A stretch of DNA of 64,000 nucleotides from Paraspadella gotoi (taxonomy: Eukaryota > Animalia > Chaetognatha): NCBI GenBank assembly GCA_051294375.1, contig CM119265.1, forward strand, positions 15,290,963-15,354,962, written 5' to 3'. Below are positions 23,150 through 36,354 of this stretch, piece by piece. A model generated the notes under the pieces. It searched no databases. It was not told where the DNA came from and saw nothing but the letters and a program-made list of their open reading frames with translations. The position numbers and the translations under genes were made by a program. How positions within the stretch are numbered: the first letter of the stretch is position 1; every line of letters starts with the position of its first letter.

Positions 23150-26000
23150 TGTTTGTTCAAAAATTTAGTGACAATTTTAAATTCCCTATTATAAGGAAAA
23201 ATGCAAGTTTTCACTTTAGATTCATATTAAAAATGGGACAGAATTACGAACAAAGTTACCAGTGTTCTCTCGACGATGATCACGAGAAGAAAGCTGACGG
23301 GAGTTATCGTCGCCGACGTTCTCTCAGGGAAACATTTATTACTGCCTTCTCAGGAATCATCGTTTCTCACGAATCATCTCCCACGGTAGTACAGATAAGA
23401 GAAGTTAGAGATACAGATGAATTGATTTATTATTGGACTGATCACCTTTCGTCCTTTCTGCCAGCCGAAAGCGAAATTTCGCCGCGGCAGAAAAAGGCAC
23501 CAACGCATTTAAAACTAAATGGGGATGGGTTTTAGCTGGCCCGCTGGAAAATAAGTATGATAATATAGGAAGCTTCGGTGTGATAACATCGTAGCTGACA
23601 ATTATAGCAATCAAAAACAGTAATAATTTTTTCCGCCATGAGTTTAATGACGATCCGCTTTGAAAAGATGGATTTTCGGAAAATCGATAGAAGGTAATAA
23701 ATGTTTGAATGAATCAATTAAATCTTGTTAATGGTAAGTATCAGTTGATTACCTGGAAACAAGGACGCGAAAAGACAGCGGAAATTTTTTAACTGCGGCT
23801 TCCAGTTCTTAAGAATGGCGCTCATCGTCTTTATCGCCTTCGCCCAAAAATTGGAAAAGACCCGATTTAAGAAAATTCCGTTGCTTTGAGATCAGTTAAT
23901 AAATTGATATAATGATGCGTCAGCTACCAATTAATTGAATGATCCAGATAAAGATTTTAGATTGGAAAATCCATCATCAATAATTGATGGTGAGCCTATG
24001 ACCCATTGATTTATTCTCCTTCACTAAACTGAGGAAGAATCCAGGATAAGGTTCGTGCGCATGTGACCATGCAGGTGCCAAGTGGCTCACACATCTTACG
24101 GTATTTTGTTTGTGGATTGTGATCGCACTTGTGTTGGTTAAACAAAATTGCGAAGTAAAATAGCGGATATAAGCATTTTTTGCAGAATAGATTATCAAAA
24201 ATTCATGAAGTTTTCAGAACCCTCTCAATGGCATTACGTCCAACCGCCGAGAACCCTGCAGATCTTGGCTCGAAGAGGAATAGAAGCATCGGGACTCCGC
24301 CTCTTGGGTAATTCTTTCATAGGCGGACCAGCTTTCTTTGGATTCAACAGAGATGGCGAGAGCCAGAATGAAAAGAATTGCAAACATGACGTAATATAAT
24401 TCAGAAAAGATAACTCGACCAAAGATTGAGAGAATAATTAACGAATGAATTATTTGCGAGAAAAATTTCAGTGCTAACGTTTCTAAATGGTCCCCAAAGT
24501 TAATTCTATAGATTACTATTTATAAAAGTTTTCTTGCTATTTAAAGGATAAGTCTAAGCATAAGTTCAAATTTCTTAATTGGTTAAATGATTTTGAAAGA
24601 TGCTGAGAATTCTTTAATTAAAATGATTCAACACAGAAAATTTTTAAAGAACAGAAAAATTAATTGTTTGAAAGTCCATAAAAAACGAGATTCGTTTAAT
24701 CCGTAAGAATTACACTCTACTTGTTTCACATCAGAATAAAATTAGATCCCTTTATCGGCACGAGCATGAGTTACGTGTAGGTAGGACGCCTGCATCGCGC
24801 AAATGAGAGAATACGAAACGCGACATCCCGCACGTTGTTTACCGTCAAAAAATCGACAGGTACAATCATTGATTGAATTGATACTATAAACAATTAGCTC
24901 ATGCTGGTACGAACCAAACCCATAAATTTCAAGTTCGTTCGAGCGTTTTTGGATATTTAAAAGCCGCTCAGTTTTTAAAAACACTGAATGCGGAAATGTG
25001 TTCCATGTCAACGTCGTCACGCCAAAACACTGACGGAACAAAAGATGGCTCCCCTTCCAAACTGAATCTAGAACCTGGATATCCCTTGAGGCTTCAGGTT
25101 GTGATCTTTGTGGGACCATTTACAGTAAGATTCATAGAAAAGACAGCAAAACGTTGGATTGCATTGATTACTTGTTTTAGAATGAGAGCAGTTCATTTAG
25201 AGAGTATTAAAAGAATTATCTATCTTCATGTTTTATGAATGCATTAATGCGATTCAAGCTAGACTGCCAGGTTTAAAAGTTGTATATAGGTGATAATGTA
25301 CAAAATTTTAAAGGATCAAATAAAGAAACTTAAAACGCCATTAAATTTATAATAGAAGAGATTACCGGAGAGTCATTTTCAGTCAAGGGCATGTTGATTG
25401 TGAAATTCAACCCGCCTGCCTCGCCGCATTGGGGCGGCTCCTGTGGAGCGACTCATCCGCACAATAAGAAGACTCTTCACGTCCTTTCTCGATAAAAAGG
25501 AAGTAAGACTAGTGAAATAGTTGAAACTTTTTTATCTATGACTGAAAGTATTGTATAATCGCCAGATCCAATTACTCATTTACTTCTTGATGATCCTCGC
25601 GAGATGCTCACTGCCCTTACCCCAGAGATGATACTCAATCCCGGGCTCCCTGCGTTATCTGCCGACATTATTCCGCCAAGCTCCTCTTGCGATAACACAC
25701 GATCTTGCATGAAAGAAAACAAACACGGAGCCTCGCGATGCATTCTGGGAGAGACGTTTGGCGAAGAAGAGTACATCCAACTTGCAACAGCGTTACAAAT
25801 GGGCTCACACTTCGGCCAAAATCCTTAAATCTGGCGACGTCGTCTTTCGTCGGACGAGTTACTGACCCCGCAACAAATAGGTCCCTCGCCCGTTGTTGAG
25901 ATATTGTATAAAATCCGAACCGGCAAACTCAAAATAAGAATACGACGGTTTCAGTACGAACCTCAAACGGGAAAGAAGTTCGATCGTGATCGTACCCAAG
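23150..26000 (+). pseudogene. pol: BEL/Pao pol remnants (RT/RNase H to integrase)
   Basis: Across frames: NRLSKIHE.SEPSQWHYV...ENPADL.SRG...GPAF (24180-24340), CDLCGPFTV...KRWIALITCFRMRAVHLE (25100-25205), FNPPASPHWGGS.ERLIR (25405-25460) and ESIV..RP...LTP. Confidence 0.85.
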
Positions 26001-26403
26001 TTGATTCTATCCGAACTCGGTGATTCCACCCGAGCTCGATTCTCCCGATCCCGATTTCCAAACCTTTCCCTTCCCAATCCCGATTCTGCCAAACAAGATT
26101 CTGAGAAATTCCTGACGTTGATTCCCACAATCTCCCGGCTGAAAGTTACCAGTCTCTCCCGAGATCTAATGACTGAATGAGTGAAGACGACGAAAACTCT
26201 AATGAAGAAATTGTTAATTAATGAAATTGTAATTTAATTTGTTTTATGTTAACTTTTATGCTCTTGTATTTTATTCTGTTTTATTCCACATAGTTATAAT
26301 TAAGATTGTAGCATATTTAAATGTTTATTAATCAAACACCCCAATTTACTGTTTTAATCCTTGTATAGAGAATATTGCATTTCATGCAATCAGGGAGGGA
26401 AAA

Positions 26404-26975
26404 TGTTAGAAATGATTTTAATTCAAAACAATTCTCTTCAGTGAATATATCTGATCACTCAATTGGTTTTAGTCTCCCAACCTCATACATGATTTCCCTA
26501 TATTATCTTTACTATCATTGGTCGCAATTCTCCAAGTAGTAGTTAATGATTGAATTCTCAATAATTTTAAAGAAGATCTCTCTTCTACATTGGTCCATTA
26601 AAATTTAGCTCTTTGTATAAAAGAAAGGCAAATTTATTTTGAGAGATTCCTGGGACCTAAGGTAATTGAATGATTTACTGAAACTTATCTAACACTGTGC
26701 GACCATTAGTATTAATCAAATGGTTTATTTTTGTAGCTTTGAGCTTCCACAGCTCCTCTTTCCAAGTGGCTTTTCCACAGACTCCTTCAATGGCTCTCTG
26801 ATGCTATTTCGATTGTCATATATAACTGTCAACCTGAATTACAACATAACTTCACATTAATACTACTAACTTGGCGTTACGGTTATGATGATGTCAACAA
26901 TAAGAAAATTAATATGAAAAGAATGCTACAATCGCTGTTCCCAAAGATATATAAAGGAATGTGCAATCTCTAACA
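26404..26975 (+). repeat. BEL/Pao 3' LTR
   Basis: TGTTAGA...TCTAACA, preceded by the PPT at 26391-26403. Confidence 0.88.
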
Positions 26976-27098
26976 ACCTTATGTACCTTAAAACTCTACT
27001 ACATGATGAGAGTAATAAATAACCCTCTTGAATGCTCTACCTTTCTCTCTCTCTCCTCTCTCTCTCTCCTCTTCTCTCTCTCTCTCTCTCTCTCTCGA

Positions 27099-27130
<32 letters not shown>

Positions 27131-27346
27131 TCTACCTACCATTTGAGACATCCTTTCCATGCGCACCGGTCCTTCCCTTTAAACTCTCGTTTACAGCTCC
27201 AACTATATCGTATATCGCGGACCTAAATTCAAAACTAAATCCAATTTGCATATTTGGAACATAAAAAGACGCCCTCGGTCCTTGTCCTGGAATTCTCGCG
27301 GATTTCCATTGTGTTTCGAGGAAGTTCTTCCACTCGACGATTCAAC

Positions 27347-27412
<66 letters not shown>

Positions 27413-28159
27413 CAGAGAGAGAGACAGAGAGAGAGAGAGTTTGAAAAATGGAATCCCCGCCATCATGGAAGAGAGAAAAGGAAGAGAGAGACAGGAAAAG
27501 AACGAGAGTGCGAGCGAGAGAAAAGTAGAACGGGTAAGCGAGGGAGAGAGCGAGAGAGCGAGCGAGTGAGTGAGGGAGCGAGATGGCCTCCCTGGTTCTT
27601 CTGAGACATTTATCCTGCGCGGGGCCGGAGCCAGGATTCTGATGGAACCGGCTCCAAATCGTTTTTCCTGAGATTCACTCTTGCATCTTTTCACTTTTTC
27701 GGCCTTTCACTTCTCGTCGCAAAACGCTAATATTTGCACGCTTCGACTTCACACATTCAAATTCGAACAGTTTATAACAACAAGTAAAGATTTCGCCAAA
27801 TCGCACGCAACTTATCACTTTTCTCCCATCCCGTCGCCATTTTCGATCATTCACACTTCTCACTCCCTCACACTTCCTCACCTCGATCTCTTCACACTTT
27901 CCATTATTTTTCGGTGGAAAATTCTCGGATCCATTTTGTCTTCGACGTCAAAGGTTTTATCTTTCCCTCGAATCCTCGACGTCTACTATCGCTTTTTCTT
28001 CTTCGTCCGCGAGATGGCGACTTTCGGACGGGGTCTTTAAATCGGCGATCATCACGACTCACAAATACGCGATTATTCATGGAATCCTGGCGGTCAATTT
28101 GATTTTTTTTTTAATTTACGGAGCTATGTAGTTTTTAGTCTAGTTTATTTTTTTATTTT

Positions 28160-28847
28160 TTTTTTTTTTGAAGTGACTAGAACAGAATATAAGAGAATAA
28201 TTAGCGATTATACATTTGTTTATAAATACTAGTCAATGAACAATTAAACATCGTGCCCATTGACTCGGCTTGTACGTGCACTTTTGCAATAGCCAATCTA
28301 AAAAAAAAACGGTATTTTTTTAAAATTGAAGAAAGCAGAAATAAAAAAAACAGTTGATGACGCTCAATGACGTGCAATGAGTTAAAAAATGAGTAATCAC
28401 GGTAATGATAATAAGCAGAAAAAAAGAAAAAAACGATGAGTCATGATGTTGAGCGTTGAGCATTGCCCAAAAGTCGGCCAAGTTGACCTCGCGATACGAA
28501 AGAGTTTCGAGAGAGAGATGAGATCATCCTACCTTAGACTAACTCAGCAAGACCTGACTGACTGACTGACTGACTGACTGACTGACCCGACGCTTCCCAA
28601 CTTCTCCCCCTCTATTCTTTTTTCGATCGTGAGGCCGACGTCTCAACCGACGCCTTCGTTTCCGGTCGATCGCGTCTCTGGATAATCGACGCCTTTGTTC
28701 GACCTCGTCCTTTGAGATGCCTTTGTTTTTTTTTCGTGGAAACGAAGCCTCTTTGTTTTCCGAGAGATTCGCCTTTGTTTCCTCACCGTCCAAGATGCCT
28801 TTTGTTTTTACACGAAAAAAAGTCGTTGACTTCGTTTTCAATGTTTA
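28160..28847 (+). repeat. Local direct duplication, second copy at 30961-31607
   Basis: The copies are near-identical apart from small indels and a (CTGA)n tract. The second copy starts right after an N-gap. Confidence 0.85.
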
Positions 28848-28873
28848 AGGCCAGGGATCACTCAACCTAAAAT

Positions 28874-29249
28874 TGTAGAAATCTCAAATTTAATTGTTTA
28901 TATTTGAAGCGTTCCCTTTTCTTGAGTCTAAACTAACATCAAAAGATAGGAATCTTCTGATTGATAGAATTTAATTCGATACCAAATTCAACAGAGAGAG
29001 AACGATGAGAGAAAAATACTAATCGATTCTCTACAGACGGCAAAAATTGATCGAACCTTAACGGAGAGCACCTCGAAACATTCTAAAATAGTGAAGAATA
29101 CTTGATCGGACCTTAACGAGAGCATCTCGAATAAACTCATGAAATATTGGAAATGTGTTTTTGTTATTAGTAAAGTATCGAATTAAAGTATTTGAAATTA
29201 TCTAAAATGCTAAGGCTGCACGATTAGTTTTCCATTCCAGGAGGCTTCA
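28874..29249 (-). repeat. Putative 3' LTR of a second Gypsy family
   Basis: On the minus strand it follows the PPT-like cttggggggggttc, begins TG and ends ...TTCTACA. No partner LTR is in the window. Confidence 0.4.
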
Positions 29250-30545
29250 GAACCCCCCCCAAGAAAGAGTCTCGCGTACGAGATGGCGTATTGTTCTATG
29301 AATGCGTGTGGCGGCTGCACGCCGACGCTGAGGACGCTGGATTGAAGCGCCGGAGTGAGGATCTGGGAACGGGCGCCGCCGGCCTGGATCCGCACTCGTG
29401 ATTGGTAGGAGGCGCGGCGTTTGGAGGGCGGCCCGGAAGCGGAGGCGCCGCGCGGAACCGTCGTGGTTCGCCGCGTCCTCGGTGAAGGGTTTGAGCGGAT
29501 CGATGGAGACGTCGTCGATACCGGCGCGCGATCTTCGAGTGACGGTAGGTCCTTTGAGGCGCTCGCAATGCCGTGAATACGACCCGGAAAGGGCCCCCGT
29601 CCGAGACAAGCTGCAAGGCGTCTCGGTGGGGCCACGCCTCACAAGGACGAAAGGCTGCACGTCAATGAGTTCGATCGGCCAGTTGACGCGCGCCAGCCTG
29701 GGCGTGGCGCGTGCGTTGACGGACGGAGGGCTTTACTTCTTCTTCGCAGGTCCGGAGGAACTCGGTGCTGCGCAAACAGGCGCCGCTGTCCGGGACAAAG
29801 TTCAGCCGGCCGTGGCAAACTCCTCGGTGCGATGCGAGCTCGGCGGGAGGGTGGAACCTCTTTGAGCGGTGCGGCAGGCCGAGCCACCTCTCACGCCAGG
29901 GGCAGCTTTGCTCGGACCCCAATCCCGCCAAAGCGCGGCGAGTTTGGCGCGAGAGGACGGCCTTGGAGATCCGCACGGTGGAAACACGTTCCACCATTGC
30001 CGTTGCCTTGAGGATGATAGACGTTGTGTGGTGAGAGGTTGGCGTCCGAGTGAACAGACCCCAGTTGACGCCACAGTTTCGGAGACAAACTAGTCCCAAA
30101 AACCGGTCAGAGTGAAATGAGAACAAAAACCCGAAACGCAGCGATCCCAAACCCGGCAAGCAAAGCGCGCGCCACCGTCACCGCGGTTATGTCCTGAATG
30201 AGGGGTGCCTTCGGCCAGCGCGCTGAAGCGGTCCACAACAGTTTAACGGAGGTTAGTGTTTTTGCAAACCTCGCCGACGCCGGAAGTGGCCCTTACAGAG
30301 GGTTCGAACTGGTGGACGTTGCTTGGAAAACGCTTTTTTCCGGGAGGAACGAAATCTTCTATGGCGCCGACAACGTGCGTCCTTCACCTTGCCCGCTGGC
30401 GCAGTGGCGCGACCGCGCCCCAGTTGCCGCGTCTATGCCGCCCCCGGCACCCAAACAAACCTGGTGACGAGACCTGGAGTCTTATCAGGGGTGGCCAAAG
30501 GAGTGTAGGGATGTTACGTCGAAGATGCGCGCATTCGAGGCCAGA
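29250..30545 (-). pseudogene. pol: Ty3/Gypsy integrase remnant (different family from 42-55 kb), many indels
   Basis: Frame-broken motifs RFVW, GPLP, VDRFSRWP, YHPQGNG.VER, GPFRVV and VSID.LKPF, followed by a G-run PPT. The region is a GC-rich island. Confidence 0.85.
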
Positions 30546-30556
30546 GTGGGGCGCTC

Positions 30557-30935
30557 AATGATTCCCTTTATGTCTCATCTCATTTCAAGCCGTCTAGATC
30601 TCTCTTCGCGATGTTTCGTTTGCACCCTGGCCCATCTGTTCTACTCGTCTCTCTCGCCTCTGTCGTCGTGCGTCTCTGCTCTCTCTCTCTCTAACCCGGA
30701 AGTTCTGGACTCGCGTCTCTCCTACTGGCTGCTGCTCCTGCTTCTCTCTCCTCTCCCTCAGCCTCTATCCGCGCGACCGTGCCCAGAGCTCATCTCGCTC
30801 CCCTGCGCTGTATTTAATCGATGTGTGGATCCCAATTCGCTCGATCAATTCCCTAAACTCCTCTCCGGACTCCCTACTCTCGTACCGCCTCTCCGCGATG
30901 CGTCTTCCTCGCTCTCTCTCTCTCCTCTCTATCTC
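30557..30935 (-). repeat. Noisy inverted copy of about 18190-18475
   Basis: attccctttatgtctcatctcatttcaa is the reverse complement of 18444-18471, and similarity continues through the CT tract to aattcc..aaactcctc. Confidence 0.65.
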
Positions 30936-31665
30936 NNNNNNNNNNNNNNNNNNNNNNNNNTTTTTTTTTAAGGTGACTAGAACGCAATATCAACGAGAAT
31001 AATTAGCGATTATACATTTGTTGTATAAATACTATGTCAGCATGAACAATTAATACACGCCCATACTGCTTGTACGTGCACTTGCAATCATTAAAAAAAA
31101 AAACGCGTATCTTTTTTAATTGAAGAAAGCAGAAAATAAAAAAACAGTTTGATGACGCTCAAGATGACGTGCAATGAGTTAAAATAATGAGTAATCACGG
31201 TAATGTAATAAGCAGAAAAAAAATAAAAAAAAACGCATGAGTCATGATGTTGAGCGGTGAGCATTGCCCAAAAGTCGGCCAAGTTGACCTCGCGATACGA
31301 AAGAGTTTCTCGAAGAGGACTGACATTCAGCTCTTGATCCTGACTGTATCCCGACGCTTCCCAACTTCTCCCCCTCTATTCTTTTTCGATCGTGAGGCCG
31401 ACGTCCTCAAAAACCGCTCTTTCCGGTCGATCGCGTCTCTGGATAATCGACGCCTTTGTCGACCTCGTCCTTTAGATGCCTTTTTTTTTTTTTTCGTGGA
31501 AACGAAGCCTCTTTGTTTTCCGAGAGATTCGCCTTTGTTTCCTCACCGTCCAAGATGCCTTTTGTTTTACACGAAAAAAAGTCGTTGACTTCGTTTTCAA
31601 TGTTTAAAGATGTTAATCAAATCCATAGGTTGGATATGAGAGAAGAGGAGAAGAGAGAGAGAGAG

Positions 31666-31697
<32 letters not shown>

Positions 31698-32057
31698 GAG
31701 AGTGTGAGAGAGAGAATGAGGTGGAGACGAGACCTGGATGCATGAGAGAGAGAGAGAAGAGGCAGCTGTGGGCCGAGATATTTTTCTTGTTACTGTCTGA
31801 GAAACCAGTCCTAAAGTGTTAGGACACGGTGACACAATCGATGAGTGTCTTGTTTTATTCGATAAGAACAAATTGTTGAAAACCGTACATTCAATATGCC
31901 ACTCACACACACAAAAAAGAAATGCATTAATTATTTGTATTAAATTCAAAGCAACGTAAATAATAAATTAACGAAACATAGGAAATCCCCCCCCAAAAAA
32001 TAAAAAATAAAAAGAATGAAAATAAAATAATTTAAGTTCTAAAATAGGGTCCCTTCA

Positions 32058-32106
32058 ACCCTCCAACCTCCAACCTCCAACCTCCAACCTCCAACCTCCA
32101 ATCCAA
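32058..32106. repeat. (CCTCCAA)n heptamer tandem repeat
   Basis: About six visible units. Confidence 0.9.
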
Positions 32107-32491
32107 CTGGTTTCCCTTCAAAACCGCGAAAATGATGAGATTCTTTCGCACCAACGAATAAACGTGATTTCGCTTCAAACGATGTGAACAAAAGCCATTC
32201 GGACTTAGGGACTTGCCTCTCCCCCACTGACCCCCGCCACCGCAAATGGAAAAAAACTGTTCAAACATCTGACCAAATGACGACGACGACGACGACGACG
32301 ATGCGCTCATCATTTGAGGTCACTCTTCTTTCTTTCTTTCTTAAGTTCCCTATCCCTCTTCGCTCCATCGTTGAGAGGAGCTCGACGGCCCGAATAGCCA
32401 TAGTTAACCGGAGCTGGCGGTGTCTTGGATTCGGAAGGAGAACACTTGAAAAATATGGTTCATAGCGGATGGGAATTTACAGATTCTTTGT

Positions 32492-32595
<104 letters not shown>

Positions 32596-32693
32596 AAAGA
32601 AAAAAAAAGACGTCAGCACGGTGATTCATGAACTTTTGGCTTCACGGGCCTTTAGGATTTTCACGGCGNNNNNNNNNNNNNNNNNNNNNNNNN

Positions 32694-33460
32694 CTTTGTT
32701 TTACGACTCCGAGGCAAAAAAACCTACATTTCTCGAAAAGCCAACATTTCTCGGAAATGGCCCGTTTTTTATCGAATTAACTTTCCTTGCGATTCGTTTC
32801 GCCTCGTCGTCGTAACGAGTCCTCGGCAGCCACGAAAAAAAAAACGTGTAAATTGCCGCCGCGACGTCACGCGCATGGGGGGCGATAGTTTAACCCGCTT
32901 CGATTTGCCACGACAATTAGAAACAGGGCGCGACTTTAATGACGAGGAATTTTAGTCCACTTTAAAGCAAAGCTTTTTCTTTATTTACATTATTTATACT
33001 TTATCCATTTTAAAATAACTTGTTCCAAGCCCTTGCGTATTTATGAAATTTGGCTACAACCAATATCAAAATTATCCATTCGTTTAATTAAATAAGCTGA
33101 CTTGCCCACTAGACTTTGGACAGGCTTCCTGATTGGTTTAAGGGGACCTCCATCACTTCTTACAATCACGCTTTCAATACAAGTACTTTCTCACTAGTCT
33201 CGTATATTATACTCCTCCAGAGTAACCTGGCCCCTCTACCTATTCCAATGAAGTGTATAATAATTTCATAATATTATATATGAATCATTGGTTCCTCTAC
33301 CCACCCACCCCTTCCCACCCCTTCCCACCCCCCTTACCCCTCTCCCCATCTTCCTCACCTTTTGTTTTTTTGTATTTTCATGTGTTTGTCCAGAATTTTT
33401 TATCCTTCTTTCCAATTTTATTAAATGCCTTCACATTGCTGAATTTATTCTTTTTTTTTC
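32694..33460 (+). repeat. Local direct duplication, cleaner copy at 35811-36540
   Basis: Collinear sequence differing by scattered indels. It starts directly after an N-gap. Confidence 0.85.
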
Positions 33461-33837
33461 TCTCTCTCTTTCCCGTCATCATTTTTCCCCATTTTTTTTC
33501 TTCCTCTCGCTTCAGGTGGCTGGCGTAGTTGCTAAGCAGATAGTCGTAATATCGAATACGAGAATTAATTGAATTTTCTGCAACGAGATTCCTTCGCTCA
33601 CTGTTTGCTGTTCGCTGAGTAATTCGTTACGCAGTTGAGAGAGCTTTCGTGAAATTCACGATTGATTCGAAGCGCGGTGAATATCGACTACAGTTATAGA
33701 TTATCTAGACGTCGGTTTGTTGGTTTGAAAATACTTAGATGTGGCCAAATCAAACTTAATCGTATTATTATGAATTGTTCCTGGCTGCAATTGCTTAAAA
33801 ACACAAACAAATAAATAAATGGTATGATAAATGAAAA

Positions 33838-34085
33838 TGTAGTCGGGCATTGTCGAAGCATAACACTTTCAGTTGTGACCCGGTGGCTCATTGAGTAAAG
33901 CCGTCAGCTCATGACTATTAGGTACCTACCCTGCGGGAACCGTGAGCACGGCCGTAAGCCGCCTTGGGGGTGTGTCAAACCCTCAAGCCTGGCTCCAAGC
34001 CCAGAATCCGTTCCAAGGCTCCTTGAGTGGGTTATAGAAGTTACGCATAGTCATCTCCAGCCCACTAAGCGCCTTATCCACAATA
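33838..34085 (+). mobile_element. tRNA-derived SINE-like repeat, copy 2 (B-box deleted)
   Basis: gtgacccggtggctcattgagtaaagcc...gtacctaccctgcggg...ccctcaagcctgg...ccttatcca is shared with 8533-8814. Confidence 0.65.
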
Positions 34086-34437
34086 ATATTTATTGAAACG
34101 ACTATTTAATTTCTCGCCCTTGCTCCGTTTTAATCAAATTCCGACGTTTAAATTTTTTTTTTTTTTTTTTTTTTTTAAATCCTTAAAATTTTGAGTTGGG
34201 AAAGATTTTATTTTGTCCTGTTTCTCTCCTCTTCCTCCTTTTTTTCCTCCTCCTCCTCCTGTTTCGTTTTACCCTCCTCCTCCTCTTCCTCCTTCAATAC
34301 CTCCTCTCGCGTCTCCACCCGTGGAACAACAATGGGAAAATCTGAATGTGCCATATATTAAAAGATCATTAGCGGGAGTGAATGAGGGAGGGAGGGAGGG
34401 AGAGAGAGAGAGAGAGGGAGAGAGAGAAAGAGGGAGA

Positions 34438-34468
<31 letters not shown>

Positions 34469-36150
34469 TCTTTTTTAAATATTTTAAATACTATCATACC
34501 GAAGGGGATGATCTGAGATAATCTAAATTTTAAATGTAATTTGTTTTAACTTACTTAAAACTTATTAAAAAAAAATAAACAAACGTATTTGCTTTCTTTA
34601 CTTAAAGTGAGTTTTTCTTTTTTCTTCTGTTTCAAAGTTTCGTCTCGCAACAAGCATCGATTAGGGACGGTCTCAGTCTTTCTGTATAGTTGTCTCTCTC
34701 TTGTGCTCTCTCTCTATCTCTATCCTCTCTTTCTCCTCTCTCTCTCTCGTCGACTCATCTATCGTCCTCTCGTCGATCGTACGTCTCTCATCTCTCCCAT
34801 CTCTCCTCACTAGCTCTCGTCATCTCTTGCTGCCTCCTCATCATATTACAATTTTTTTTTCTCTTGAAAAATTCATGATGTGCCTTTTTCTTCCAGCCCA
34901 AAAAAAAAGTCGTGATTTATTTATTTTTGTCGTGAGATTTGGCTTGAATTCTTAAGACCCAACGTGACAAATTTTTTTTCTTGTCTGGCGTCTTTCTTTT
35001 CATTTCTGGCGCTCCCAAAAATGTGTCGCCATCTTTTTTCGCCTTTTTTTTTAACTGGGGGGGGGCGGTCAGAATGACATTGACTCGATGCGACGAAGTT
35101 TAGCTTAAAGTTTCAAATCAGTTTCCTTGTTTTGTCTTTTACGAAACATCCCCGCTCGTCTCTGCAGTTCCGTGTTTTTTTTTGGGTTTTTTTTCCGAGC
35201 GCGCGCAATCTCGTTTTGAGTTAAATCCAGATGTCGCTGCAAATGCCATTCGGCGAAATCGCTCTCGGTTAATTGACGCATTAAGTTTAATTCGTTCTGA
35301 GAGGGACGTTTAGTGTAAGGGGAGGGCGGACCGACCGTCTTTATTTCTTTAAGTTATCTCTTCATTTTTCAATGAAATCCAACTAAACATTAAGATTTTA
35401 GTTTTTGTTTGAGAGCGAGAACTCTATTTAAATTCGTCTTTCGAATTATGAAATGTCCTTTTCGCGCCTACTTTTCTTCAAAGGTTTTTTCCGTCTCACT
35501 CGTAACCTAGCCACGGTCACAATGTCGGATCAAAACAACCTTAAATCTAAGAGCTATTTTCAAAAAAAGAATGAATAATACAAATCTGTTAAAAAAATAT
35601 TCCGCAACGCTCTTTTGAGGGAGGAGGCCAAAAGAGTTGAGCAAACAATTTAACTATTTCTTTCGCTAAAGCAGCGTAAACCGTGTGAATCCACATCTTG
35701 AAAGTCCATTTCTTTATCCACCACTCCTCGTTCCCTCATTCTCTCCTTTCCTCTTTTCTACTTCCCTCTTTTGCCAAACTCCGTTGACGAAGACAAAAAC
35801 AGATAAATTCCTTTGTTTTTACGACTCCGAGGAAAAAACCTACATTTCTCGGAAAAGCCAACATTTCTCGAAAATGGCCCCGTTTTTTATTCGAATTAAC
35901 TTTCCTGCGATTCGTTTCGCTCGTCGTCGTAACGAGTCCTCGGAGCCACGAAAAAAAAAACCGGGGTAAATGTTGCGCCGCGACGTCACCGCGCGTGGGG
36001 GCGCGATAGTTAACCCGCTTCGAATTGCACGACAATTAGAAACAGGGCGCGACTTTAATGACGAGAATTTTAGTCCACTTGAAAGAAAGCTTTTTTTTAT
36101 TACATTATTATATTTATTCCATTTTAAAATAACTGTTCCAAGCCTTCGTA

Positions 36151-36354
36151 TATGAAATTGGTACAACCAATATAAAAATTATCCATTCGTTTAATAAATA
36201 AGCTATCTTGCCACTGACTTTGGACAGGCTTTGATGGTTTAAGGCCTCCATCACTCTTACAATCACGCTTTCAATCAAGACTTTCTCACAGTCTCGTTTA
36301 TTTACTCCCAGAGTACCTGGCTTACCTATCAATGAAGTGGTATAATATTTCATA
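36151..36354. mobile_element. Full-length copy of the approximately 200-bp MITE-like repeat with short inverted termini TATGAAAT...ATTTCATA
   Basis: 8-bp inverted termini next to (TA)n. Related copies lie at about 6188-6255, 10635, 11794, 17362 and 33043-33270. Confidence 0.6.

Larger units (their letters stand above)
20238..26975 (+). mobile_element. BEL/Pao LTR retrotransposon, full span, heavily frameshifted
   Basis: Direct LTRs TGTTAGA...TCTAACA, a polypurine tract agggagggaaaa before the 3' LTR, and BEL-type motifs in pol. Confidence 0.9.
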
